Below, in pieces: positions 1 through 9,595 of a stretch of DNA of 32,000 nucleotides. The number at the start of each line of letters is the position of its first letter. Positions within the stretch are counted from its first letter, which is position 1. The notes beneath the pieces are model-generated. The model saw nothing but the letters and a program-made list of their open reading frames with translations. It did not search any database and was not told where the DNA came from. Location of the stretch: contig NC_003272.1 in NCBI RefSeq assembly GCF_000009705.1, positions 2,250,001-2,282,000 on the forward strand. The letters are read 5' to 3'. The stretch comes from Nostoc sp. PCC 7120 = FACHB-418 (GTDB taxonomy: Bacteria; Cyanobacteriota; Cyanobacteriia; Cyanobacteriales; Nostocaceae). Made by a program: the position numbers and the translations under genes.

Positions 1-51
1 CTCCCTCTGCTCCCCCTGCTTCCGTTACCCCCCTCCTCCCAACCCTTAATT

Positions 52-735
52 TCAACTAGGAACAGTCAAGGGTACACCGTTATCTGTGGGTTTCAACTGG
101 AGAATAAAGGGAACAGCTTTTAATACCCATTGAGAAATCGGTGGGTAATTGACGGCTTCTTCTCCAAAACAAATATCCAACATATCCGTGTGAATAATCC
201 CTGGATTGAGGGGAATAGCCGCCATCCCAGCAGGTAGTTCTTGCGCCAAAGCACGAGTTAACCCTTCAATTGCCCATTTAGAGGCACAATAGGGAGCAAC
301 TAAGGGTGAAGTAGAGCGTCCCCAGCCGGAACTCAAGTTAATGATAATGCCGTGTCGCTTCTGTACCATTGCAGGTATAAAGTAGCGAATTATATGCACA
401 ACCCCTTTGATATTGATATCAATCAATTGGGAAAAATCCGTAGAGGGAACTTCCCATAAAGGTGCTGGTTGATTAGCAATTGCTGCATTATTAATTAATA
501 TGTCTGGTGGTTCGTATTCCTTGAGTATAAGTTCTGCCCAAGCTTTTACCTGTGCCTCATCTGCTACATCCACGGCGACAAAGTTGTGGGGTGAGCCAAA
601 TTTGTGGCTTAATTTCTCAACAGTGACTTGGGAACGAGCGCAACCAATAATCGTATGTCCTTCTTGAATAAACCGCTCTGTCAAAGCGTAACCCAGACCT
701 CGGCTGACACCAGTAATGAGGATGAGTTTGACCAT
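52..735 (-). CDS. SDR-family short-chain dehydrogenase/reductase
   Basis: 227-aa ORF. It has an N-terminal Rossmann dinucleotide motif (ITGVSRGLG), an NNAA motif and a catalytic YxxxK (YCASK), as in classical SDRs. Confidence 0.85.
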   Translation of the reverse strand: MVKLILITGVSRGLGYALTERFIQEGHTIIGCARSQVTVEKLSHKFGSPHNFVAVDVADEAQVKAWAELILKEYEPPDILINNAAIANQPAPLWEVPSTDFSQLIDINIKGVVHIIRYFIPAMVQKRHGIIINLSSGWGRSTSPLVAPYCASKWAIEGLTRALAQELPAGMAAIPLNPGIIHTDMLDICFGEEAVNYPPISQWVLKAVPFILQLKPTDNGVPLTVPS

Positions 736-837
736 ATTTTCCTTTTTATTGTCTCAGCAAGCTCAACAATAAAATACTATTACTGCCAATGATTAAACTC
801 TCTGAAGTCGCATGAATTTCATACTATTGGCTGATAA

Positions 838-1018
838 GTAAGTAAGCCGTGGTGAAAATTTACAACTATGTAACAAACAATCAAGCAGAAGAATTAGAGT
901 TAAATCTGACACGCTGTGTACTGTAATTTCCCTTTTCTCCTCTTCTTTGAACTCCATCCATCACAGCATAAGCAAGGTCTAAGTAAGTCGTGGGGAAAAT
1001 TCACAAGTATGTAACAAA
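838..1018 (+). repeat. Two copies of a ~40-bp direct repeat in the tgt upstream region (838..877 and 979..1018)
   Basis: gtaagtaagccgtggtgaaaatttacaactatgtaacaaa versus ctaagtaagtcgtggggaaaattcacaagtatgtaacaaa, 35/40 identical with starts 141 bp apart. Copy A contains the partial palindrome TTACA-N4-TGTAA. Confidence 0.6.
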
Positions 1019-1138
1019 TAGATAAAAGTTGAAAATTGGCAATAGATAAGCGGTAAAGGGTGATGACTAATCAGTTACTGTTTATTTATTACCAATTATT
1101 TTTGGTGAGTGCTGAAGTAAGGAGCAACTACTTCTTAA

Positions 1139-2302
<1,164 letters not shown>

Positions 2303-2314
2303 TGAGTAATTGGT

Positions 2315-2352
2315 AATTGGTAATTGTTTTGTATCATTAGCAATTACCAATT
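2315..2352 (+). terminator. Hairpin downstream of tgt, built from GTAATTG heptamer repeats
   Basis: aattggtaattg (2315..2326) pairs perfectly with caattaccaatt (2341..2352), with a 14-nt loop and tttt following. It begins 13 nt after the tgt stop. Confidence 0.45.
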
Positions 2353-2394
2353 TTCACCGATATCATTTAGTCTCAAAACAGATTGATATACTAA

Positions 2395-2540
2395 AGGACT
2401 TACGCATGAAAACAAAAGATCAAGGGTTTGGAGAAGGGTATAGGGGTGTAGGGGTATAAATGTTTGAAAGCCTTACACCCCCATAATACCCTTACACCCT
2501 TACACCCAGTCTCAACAGAAAATCTGGGTGCGTAAATCCT
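2395..2540. mobile_element. MITE-like palindromic element with terminal inverted repeats
   Basis: The termini aggacttacgca (2395..2406) and tgcgtaaatcct (2529..2540) are 11/12 complementary. The inner arms ggtgtaggggtat and atacccttacacc are also complementary. The element has no coding capacity and lies between the convergent tgt and GT2 genes. Confidence 0.55.
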
Positions 2541-2567
2541 ATACTATTGATAAGCTGCTTTCTTTTT

Positions 2568-3401
2568 TTATAAAGAAAATGCTTTTGGACTTAATGAAAT
2601 TTGTGCTTTAGTACTATAACTATCTACAAGCTGTTCTAAGCGTTCAACAATACTGCCTTGAAGGATGGAATAGTTAGCTTGATTAGTGATAATTAGCAAT
2701 AGCTCAGTTGCCCATTGCTCATAATTAGAACTACCAATAATACCAATAGAAGACTGGATATATTTAATAAGAATGCTGTCATTGAAACCAAAGCCACTGT
2801 CACCCCAGATGCAAGCAGATTGCAGTAAATACTCGTAGTCTGCGAATACTTGAAACTGGGGGTTCCATCTAGGAGCATTGCTCTGGTGGTGGACGAAACC
2901 ATTGCTGTCGAATATCTCTTTTTGCCATAAAAGCTGCTGTAAGGAGCAGCAATCGCTAGGTGAAACAAACGGCTTTCCTTGGCGAACAACATTACCATTA
3001 CGGATGACATCGCGGCGGCGCTGCTGTCTTGCTATGCTATATCGAAGATTGGAATGTTGTTTAAAGTACTGCCGCATTGAGGCAACAAATTCAGGGGCTA
3101 TACTGTTGTCATCGTCTAGGTATGAAACAATCTCACCACTAGCTGCATCTAGTCCCAGGTTACGAGCGTAGCACAAGCCAAAGCCACTGCAAGGGTCAGG
3201 GTGTTCCATTTCCATGTAAGTGATAGGGAAATCAGCATTTACCCTAATGCTGGTGATAATATCTCTGGTGTCAGGATTAGCCCCATCATTGATGACGAGC
3301 CATTCAAAATTGCGGTCAGTTTGACTTTGAATGCTTGGCAGTGCAGTAGATGCAAGCTGCATAGGTCTATTGTATGTTGCAGTGATGATTGATAATTTCA
3401 A
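2568..3401 (-). CDS. Family-2 glycosyltransferase
   Basis: The N-terminus LSIITATYNRP plus INDG and the acidic motif YLDDDN are GT-A/GT2 hallmarks. The start codon is TTG. Confidence 0.8.
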   Translation of the reverse strand: MKLSIITATYNRPMQLASTALPSIQSQTDRNFEWLVINDGANPDTRDIITSIRVNADFPITYMEMEHPDPCSGFGLCYARNLGLDAASGEIVSYLDDDNSIAPEFVASMRQYFKQHSNLRYSIARQQRRRDVIRNGNVVRQGKPFVSPSDCCSLQQLLWQKEIFDSNGFVHHQSNAPRWNPQFQVFADYEYLLQSACIWGDSGFGFNDSILIKYIQSSIGIIGSSNYEQWATELLLIITNQANYSILQGSIVERLEQLVDSYSTKAQISLSPKAFSL

Positions 3402-3478
3402 AGCTCCATACCTCTATCATTTGATTGCGTTTGACAACCTAAGCGCGAAAATACGCAATTTAAATGCGTAACAGCTTA

Positions 3479-4606
3479 CTAGACTTTGAGGAACCAGCGT
3501 TGGCGGTACATGAGGACGGCGACAGCCCACCATAATAGTACGGTGACTAGGGCGAATAGTAGAGAACCGTTGTAGGTTCCAGCCCAGGAAGCGAAGATGT
3601 TTTGGTATATCCAGTTAAAGGTGCTGGGGGCTGTTTCCCCTGTACCGATTTTGGTTCTGACTAAGATTTTAATGAGTAAAACTGATAGAACGAAAAGAGC
3701 GATCGCATTTAACCCCATAATTTCAAAAGGCTTACCCCAGCGTTTGATTAACCTCACCTCAATTAGTTCATAACAAGCGGCTAATAGCAATAAAGCCCAA
3801 CCACTGGTAAACACCACATAAGAACTTGTCCACAGTTTTTTATTAATGGGGAACACCCAACCCCAACCCCAACCAACAATTAAGCAACCAATCCCAAATA
3901 ATGCTAATCCTAAACTTGTCCGTGTTTGTACTGGCTGTTTACGTATCCATTCCCCAGTAAAATAACCAGCTAAAACACTCACAATAGCAGGAATCGTGCT
4001 GAAAAGTCCCTCTGGGTCTCCCAAATTTTTAAACCCATCCCCCGCATACAGATGAGATTTGGGTATAATCAGGCGGTCAATATAAGCCCCAAAGTTGCCT
4101 TCCCTCGTTAACACACCAGCACCATAGTCAGGTACAGGGACATACATCATCGTGAGCCAATAGCCGACGAGTAAAACCCCAGCTAGTATCCATTGTCCTT
4201 TGCGCGGTAGGTTGAGGACTGTCAAGGAAGCAAACAGGTAACTCAGGCTAATACGCTGCAATACCCCCATGATGCGGATATTACTCAAATCAAACGTCCA
4301 TATACCCTTATTCCAAAAGCCATTGAGTAACAAACCCAAAACAAAGAGGATGGCGGCGCGGCGGAAGATGCGCCAGTAAACAACCGAGGTGGGTTTATTC
4401 TCCTGGGTGTATTTGGATAGAGAAAAAGACATTGCCACACCAACAATAAATAAAAAGAAAGGAAATACTAAATCAGTTGGTGTGCAACCATGCCATTCAG
4501 CATGAGCTAAGGGAGGATAGACATCATCTGCAACCCCCGCCATATTGACGAGAATCATCCCTGCAATAGTAATACCGCGAAATACATCAAGCGAAGTCAG
4601 GCGCAT
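3479..4606 (-). CDS. Polytopic membrane acyltransferase, HGSNAT-like (DUF1624/DUF5009 type)
   Basis: 375 aa with about 10 hydrophobic segments. The N-terminal signature R..SLDVFRGITIAGMILVN is typical of heparan-alpha-glucosaminide N-acetyltransferase-like proteins. Confidence 0.65.
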   Translation of the reverse strand: MRLTSLDVFRGITIAGMILVNMAGVADDVYPPLAHAEWHGCTPTDLVFPFFLFIVGVAMSFSLSKYTQENKPTSVVYWRIFRRAAILFVLGLLLNGFWNKGIWTFDLSNIRIMGVLQRISLSYLFASLTVLNLPRKGQWILAGVLLVGYWLTMMYVPVPDYGAGVLTREGNFGAYIDRLIIPKSHLYAGDGFKNLGDPEGLFSTIPAIVSVLAGYFTGEWIRKQPVQTRTSLGLALFGIGCLIVGWGWGWVFPINKKLWTSSYVVFTSGWALLLLAACYELIEVRLIKRWGKPFEIMGLNAIALFVLSVLLIKILVRTKIGTGETAPSTFNWIYQNIFASWAGTYNGSLLFALVTVLLWWAVAVLMYRQRWFLKV

Positions 4607-4767
4607 GGACAGAATTTTATCCTTGATGACTATCTAAACTACCTCGCCTACTGCACGGAATTAATTAATTTTTACAAACCTTTGACAACCCCTATATGAT
4701 TAAGCCCTACTCGCAGTAATTAGCCTTGAAGCCTCTTGATTTTCTTAGAAATAGCTTTGCCCTACCT

Positions 4768-7700
4768 TTATCCCTGCCACTCCTTCAACTTTTTCTGTGC
4801 ATACTCCCGCACTTGCTCATCTGGATCATTCTCTGCTCTGTCGCGCAACAGTGGTAAAGTTTTTTCATGCTGGGGATACTGTTTGATAATTATCTCAAGA
4901 GCAACGCGCCGGGGATTTGGGCTAAAACTATCATGGCTACCTTCAAAGGGGTCATTAACAACACAGTTGTAGTATGTTTCCAAAAGTTCAGGCTGGGATT
5001 TAAAAGCTTTAGCTAATTCTTGCACTACCGACCATCTCACAATTGAACTATTATCCGCAGTGGTAAGTTGCTGGAGAATAGTTTTGGTATTGGGGTCATC
5101 TTTGTGAGCCTTGACTAATTCTTGTACGGCTGTCCGTCGCACATCCGGGTCATTATCCGTAGTAACGAGTTGTTGGATGATGGTTTTGGTACAGATGTCA
5201 TCTTTATAAGCCTTAGCTAATTCTTGGACTACGGTCTGTCGCACATCCGAATCATCATCTGTAATGGCACATTCTTTAAGGAAGGTTTTGATAGTGAGGT
5301 CATATTTGTAAGCCTTAACTAACTCTTGTACGGCCGTTCGTCGCACATCCGAATCATTATCGACAATGGCACGTTTATGAATAAAAATTTTGATAGTGGA
5401 GTCATCCTTGTAAGCCTTAACTAACTCTTGTATTGCTGTTCTTCGCACATCCCAATGTTTATCCATAGTAGTAAGTTCTTGGAGAAAAATTTTGGTTGTA
5501 GAGTCATCTTTATAAGCTTTGACCAATTCTTGTAATGCTGTTTTTCGCACATCCCAACTATCATCTCTGATAGCAAATTCCTTGAGAAAAGTTTTGGTCG
5601 TGGGTTCATTTTTATAAGCTTTGACTAATTCTTGTATCGCTATCCGCCGTACTTCCCAACGCTTATCTACAGTGGCACATTTTTGGAGAATAGTTTTAGT
5701 TTCGAGGTCATCTTTGTAAGTTTGTGCTAATTTTTGTACAGCTATTATTCGTACAAAATCATCATCTGCATTGGTACGTTCTTGGAGAATTATTTTAGTG
5801 GTGGATTTATCTTTGCAAGTCTGATTTAATTCTTGTGCTGCTGTTCTTCGTACATCCAAATCATCATCCATAGTGGCACGTTCTTGGAGAAATGCTTTAG
5901 TAGCGGGGTCATATCTGTAAGCATTAATTAATTCTTGTACTGCTGTCATTCTCACATCCCAACTATCATCTACCGTAGCAATTTGTTGGAGAAAACTTTT
6001 AGTCGTGGGGTTATTTTTGTAAGTCCGAGCTAATTCTTGTATTGCTATTCGTCGCTCCACTGAGTAATTATTTGCAGTGACAATTTCTTGGAGAAATGTT
6101 TGAGTTGTAGGATCATCTTTGTAAGCCTGGGTGAATTCTTGTATTGCTTTCTGCCTTACATCTGAGTCATCATTCACTGTAGCAAGTTGTTGGAGAAAAG
6201 TTTTAGTTTCGGTTGAATCTTGCCAAGCTGCTGCAATTTCTCTAACTGCTTGAGTGCGGATATCTCGAATAAACTTAATTTCTTCGGAATCGTATTCAGG
6301 GCGATAATAATACCAGATATCATATTTAGTTAAGTTTTTTAGGTAGTTCAGTAATTTATCAGAAATGGACACTATCAATGAACGATTTCTCACTTCGACA
6401 AGACACTTAGCGGCTAAAAACATATTGATGAATTTATTTTCTTCACCATCCTGCACCATTAAATAATCAATAATTTCACCAACAAACTTGGCATCAATCA
6501 TACCAGCAATTAATAGTAAGACTTCATGCCAAGTTTCATCACGCCAGTGTTTGCCAAAAACTTCCGTTTTTAAATCCTCAATTGAAAGACTGCGTTCCTT
6601 CTCAAACCGCCAGACAAACTCCCAAGCACAGAAATATTCCAAAAAAGTGCGATGCACAAAAGCATAGTAATCAGCACCGAGGAAACATAACATAAAGTTA
6701 CGAGTTCTCAGTTGTTCTCTCATTACCCTCGCAGCTTGTCTGGGTTGATTAATTTCTGTAGTTCTTAAATATTCAGTCAGAATATTTTCTAATTGATCAG
6801 CACTAATCACATTACCAGCTAAACCCGCACCACTTGTTTGCATACTATAGGCAACTTGACGCAGCATAGCTTGCTTATCTTTGTAATCAATAGTCTTATG
6901 ATCTAGTCGTTTATCTTCAACTAAAGCCCGTTCCACATCCCACTGATGCAACAATACCCGCGATGCTTGTTCATAAAGTGAGTTTCTATCTCTAGGTAAT
7001 TCTTGATTACGATTAAGAATTGCCATCATCGTCAACAACAGAGGATTTCCTGCTAATTCTGTAATGGCTTTTGAATTTTCAATTCCTCTTAGCAGCCTTT
7101 CCCATTTTCTAAGTTTATCTGCTTCATCACTGAAAGTTAACTCATGCCAACGGTGAATAAAATCTTGAATTTGTGCTGAGTTCAAATCTTGCAACATAAA
7201 ATGGCGAAACTCAGCATCACGAAGCCGTTGCGGTTTATAACCAATTACGCGAGAAGTAACAATCACCTGCACATTAGGATACTCATTAGTAAAGCGATGA
7301 ATATCTGTAATTACATCCTCTCGCTTACCAGGGTCAAATACTTCATCTAACCCATCAAACATGACTAAAGCGTTACCAGCTTGTAGCTGTTGATGTAATT
7401 GATGTTGATTGAGATGTTCAATTGCACCGCTACATTTATCCAAAAATTCCAAAAAGTTATGACACTCATTCCCATCCCGCCGCCGCATATAAGTACGTAA
7501 CTCAATTAACAAAGGAATTGGTTGTGAGATCACATTATCTAATGGTGACTCAGACCAATTCAAAGCTAAATACTGCAACAGCGTAGACTTACCAGAACCA
7601 GGATCACCCAAAATTACAACATATTTATAACTTTGCTTATTATTAACAACATCTAATACTGAAAGTAGTGGCTGTTCTAAATAAACCCTTGTGAGTTTTT

Positions 7701-8541
7701 GCAATTCCTCGGCAGCAATTTCTGCCTCTATCTGGTCAGTTTCTCGCAGCCTTCTAAAGTGTTCCTTCGGCAGTTCATGAACTCGCGGCAAAACTTGATG
7801 CACTTCCCGCACATCTTGAGCTATGAACATTCGCCATAACTTGAGTTCGTTATAAGCGTAGCCAGTCGTATCTAAACTGTCTAATTTTAAATTGCCGTAA
7901 CGCTCACTAATTGCTTCTTGATAGCGTTTTAAATCGAATTGAGAAATAATGCCAGCTATGGCTTGTGTGTTTTCTTTAATTTGTTCTATATTCTGAGAAT
8001 CAAGAATTGCCCTCATTTCGGGAAATTCTCGAATAATCTTCTTCACTTTTGATAAATATTCTCTGCCTATCTTCTTCCATTTAAAATCTTCTGATAAGGA
8101 ACTAGAGGCGACCAATTGATACCAAATTTCTTGTAATCTCTTAGTATTGATAGCCTCACATTCATAGTCGAAAGCATCACCCAAAATTTGTTTAACTTCT
8201 GGCTGCTTTAAAAACTGCTGTAACGGCTGGGTATAATTTTCAATTTCTTCTTTTGATAGTTCACCGTATTCCAAATCTTGCTGCATGAGTTGCAGAAATT
8301 CTGCAAACGCCATTACTTCAGCTTTCTGTAGTGGTTCTCGCTGGAATGGCGCAGTCACAGCATTATGAATAATATTTCTGAAAAAATCTTTAGCGTAATC
8401 TTTGACTAACTCTTCTAAAAATTCCTTGCTGATGATAGTCTTAACCAAAAATCCAAATGCTTTTCCTGCAATCCAAGTACCAAACCATTCAATTAGCATA
8501 CCCGTGTCTGTTGATATTCTGAATACGAGTATATACACCAA
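4768..8541 (-). CDS. STAND NTPase: helical N-terminal domain + NACHT + about 12 HEAT-like repeats
   Basis: Walker A GDPGSGKST (nt ~7590..7615), Walker B LVMFDGLDE, sensor VIVTSR and GNPLLLTMM. The C-terminal third consists of ~35-aa repeats (xFLQxxAxxDxDxDVRRTAVQELVKAYKDDxTTK). The start is more likely the ATG at 8499 (MLIEWFG...). Confidence 0.9.
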   Translation of the reverse strand: MVYILVFRISTDTGMLIEWFGTWIAGKAFGFLVKTIISKEFLEELVKDYAKDFFRNIIHNAVTAPFQREPLQKAEVMAFAEFLQLMQQDLEYGELSKEEIENYTQPLQQFLKQPEVKQILGDAFDYECEAINTKRLQEIWYQLVASSSLSEDFKWKKIGREYLSKVKKIIREFPEMRAILDSQNIEQIKENTQAIAGIISQFDLKRYQEAISERYGNLKLDSLDTTGYAYNELKLWRMFIAQDVREVHQVLPRVHELPKEHFRRLRETDQIEAEIAAEELQKLTRVYLEQPLLSVLDVVNNKQSYKYVVILGDPGSGKSTLLQYLALNWSESPLDNVISQPIPLLIELRTYMRRRDGNECHNFLEFLDKCSGAIEHLNQHQLHQQLQAGNALVMFDGLDEVFDPGKREDVITDIHRFTNEYPNVQVIVTSRVIGYKPQRLRDAEFRHFMLQDLNSAQIQDFIHRWHELTFSDEADKLRKWERLLRGIENSKAITELAGNPLLLTMMAILNRNQELPRDRNSLYEQASRVLLHQWDVERALVEDKRLDHKTIDYKDKQAMLRQVAYSMQTSGAGLAGNVISADQLENILTEYLRTTEINQPRQAARVMREQLRTRNFMLCFLGADYYAFVHRTFLEYFCAWEFVWRFEKERSLSIEDLKTEVFGKHWRDETWHEVLLLIAGMIDAKFVGEIIDYLMVQDGEENKFINMFLAAKCLVEVRNRSLIVSISDKLLNYLKNLTKYDIWYYYRPEYDSEEIKFIRDIRTQAVREIAAAWQDSTETKTFLQQLATVNDDSDVRQKAIQEFTQAYKDDPTTQTFLQEIVTANNYSVERRIAIQELARTYKNNPTTKSFLQQIATVDDSWDVRMTAVQELINAYRYDPATKAFLQERATMDDDLDVRRTAAQELNQTCKDKSTTKIILQERTNADDDFVRIIAVQKLAQTYKDDLETKTILQKCATVDKRWEVRRIAIQELVKAYKNEPTTKTFLKEFAIRDDSWDVRKTALQELVKAYKDDSTTKIFLQELTTMDKHWDVRRTAIQELVKAYKDDSTIKIFIHKRAIVDNDSDVRRTAVQELVKAYKYDLTIKTFLKECAITDDDSDVRQTVVQELAKAYKDDICTKTIIQQLVTTDNDPDVRRTAVQELVKAHKDDPNTKTILQQLTTADNSSIVRWSVVQELAKAFKSQPELLETYYNCVVNDPFEGSHDSFSPNPRRVALEIIIKQYPQHEKTLPLLRDRAENDPDEQVREYAQKKLKEWQG
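4990..6204 (-). repeat. About 12 diverged ~105-bp coding repeats (HEAT/PBS-lyase-like) inside the NACHT protein
   Basis: A periodic DVR..A.QEL..AYK motif recurs every ~35 aa. The repeats are clearly diverged at the DNA level, unlike the array at 24281..26233. Confidence 0.8.
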
Positions 8542-8595
8542 CTTGTTTAAGGTTACGAAATTTCCAGGTTATTGCAGAAACGTCAAGGTTAAATC

Positions 8596-9315
8596 TCAAA
8601 TCAAATTATCAGGATCTATTCCCAAGGCGCGTAATCTTTCCGCCAACTGTTGGGCGCGTTGTGCTTCCTGCTGGGCGCGTTGTTGGGCAAGTTGCGCTTG
8701 TTGTTGCGCCTGTTTAATCTGTTCTTCTGGTGTGGGATAACGCTTCCCTGCTTCGTCGTACCAATACATCCATTCCCGCGTTACACCGCAATAATTTCCC
8801 CTTTCGCAACCAATTCCTAAGCCAATTTCTGGTAGCCAAATTGGGTTTCCTTCTTGCAATTCATATTTGCCGTTCACTAATTTATGTACTTCTAAATGGG
8901 GTTTGCGACGGCGGCGAGAAGAATAAATGACGTAATAAAGTACACCCAAAGCGGCATAGTCATTTAATTTATCACTGTATTCTTTGCGGTAGTTTTGAGA
9001 AACAACTTCTAACACCAATATTGGCGTAACTTGTTCATCCCACAGCACATAACTGGGACGCAGTTCTTCATCATAAAATCTTTCTACCCCAAGGCTCAAA
9101 AACCCATCTGGAACAATTGGTGGTTGATCGGGGTGAAAATAAACACCCATATCTACACCAAAAAACCAGTCCATCCGTTCTGCCCAGAGTAGCAGCAGAA
9201 TTGCTTTTAGTAATCCTGGGATAAGTTCTTGCAGTTCGTTATCCACTGGTGTTTCGTCAGAGTCTGGTAGTTCGTCGGCTGAAGGTAAGTACCTTGGCAA
9301 GTTGAAGTTTAGCAT
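8596..9315 (-). CDS. Uma2-family (DUF820) PD-(D/E)xK-type endonuclease
   Basis: Carries LPSADELPDSDETPVDNE and a core ending ILVLEVVS.. The Q/A-rich coiled tail ending LRALGIDPDNL is typical of cyanobacterial Uma2 proteins. The ATG at 9315 is preferred over the TTG at 9330. Confidence 0.8.
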   Translation of the reverse strand: MLNFNLPRYLPSADELPDSDETPVDNELQELIPGLLKAILLLLWAERMDWFFGVDMGVYFHPDQPPIVPDGFLSLGVERFYDEELRPSYVLWDEQVTPILVLEVVSQNYRKEYSDKLNDYAALGVLYYVIYSSRRRRKPHLEVHKLVNGKYELQEGNPIWLPEIGLGIGCERGNYCGVTREWMYWYDEAGKRYPTPEEQIKQAQQQAQLAQQRAQQEAQRAQQLAERLRALGIDPDNLI

Positions 9316-9375
9316 GACGGGTTGCCCCAAAATCTTCTACACCAGTGTTTTCATCAGTATTATAGCGGTTTCTTT

Positions 9376-9468
9376 GGTGTAGGGGTGTGGCTTCACCCTC
9401 ACACCCTTACACCCTTACACCCACATACCCCTATACCCCTATACCCCCACACCTACACTCTGATATCC
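9376..9468. repeat. Short tandem/inverted C-rich repeats (cccttaca / cccctata units)
   Basis: ggtgtaggggtgtgg...cacccttacacccttacacccacatacccctatacccctataccccc. It belongs to the same motif family as the core of the 2395..2540 element and lies in the divergent Uma2/serA intergenic region. Confidence 0.6.
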
Positions 9469-9595
9469 TCTAGTACATGGTGTGAGTGAAGGTTAAGTTG
9501 TTATTAAAACGCAGATTTTTTGCTGAAGTGTAACGAATAAAGTCTAAACTAAAAAGTCTTGTGCAGCAAAACTTGTCACTATAAATGATGTAATC

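Noticed and set aside
2693-3392. Nested and antisense ORFs within the GT2 gene (2693..3010 −, 2878..3171 +, 3201..3392 +)
   Set aside because: They are alternative-frame ORFs inside a well-supported glycosyltransferase CDS, with low-complexity or Cys/Arg-rich composition and no motifs.
8402-8740. 112-aa + strand ORF ending in CWARCASCWARCWASCACCCAC
   Set aside because: It is antisense to the NACHT 5' end and to the Q/A-rich tail of the Uma2 gene. Its Cys/Trp-rich repeat is the reverse-complement reading of CAG/GCG codons.
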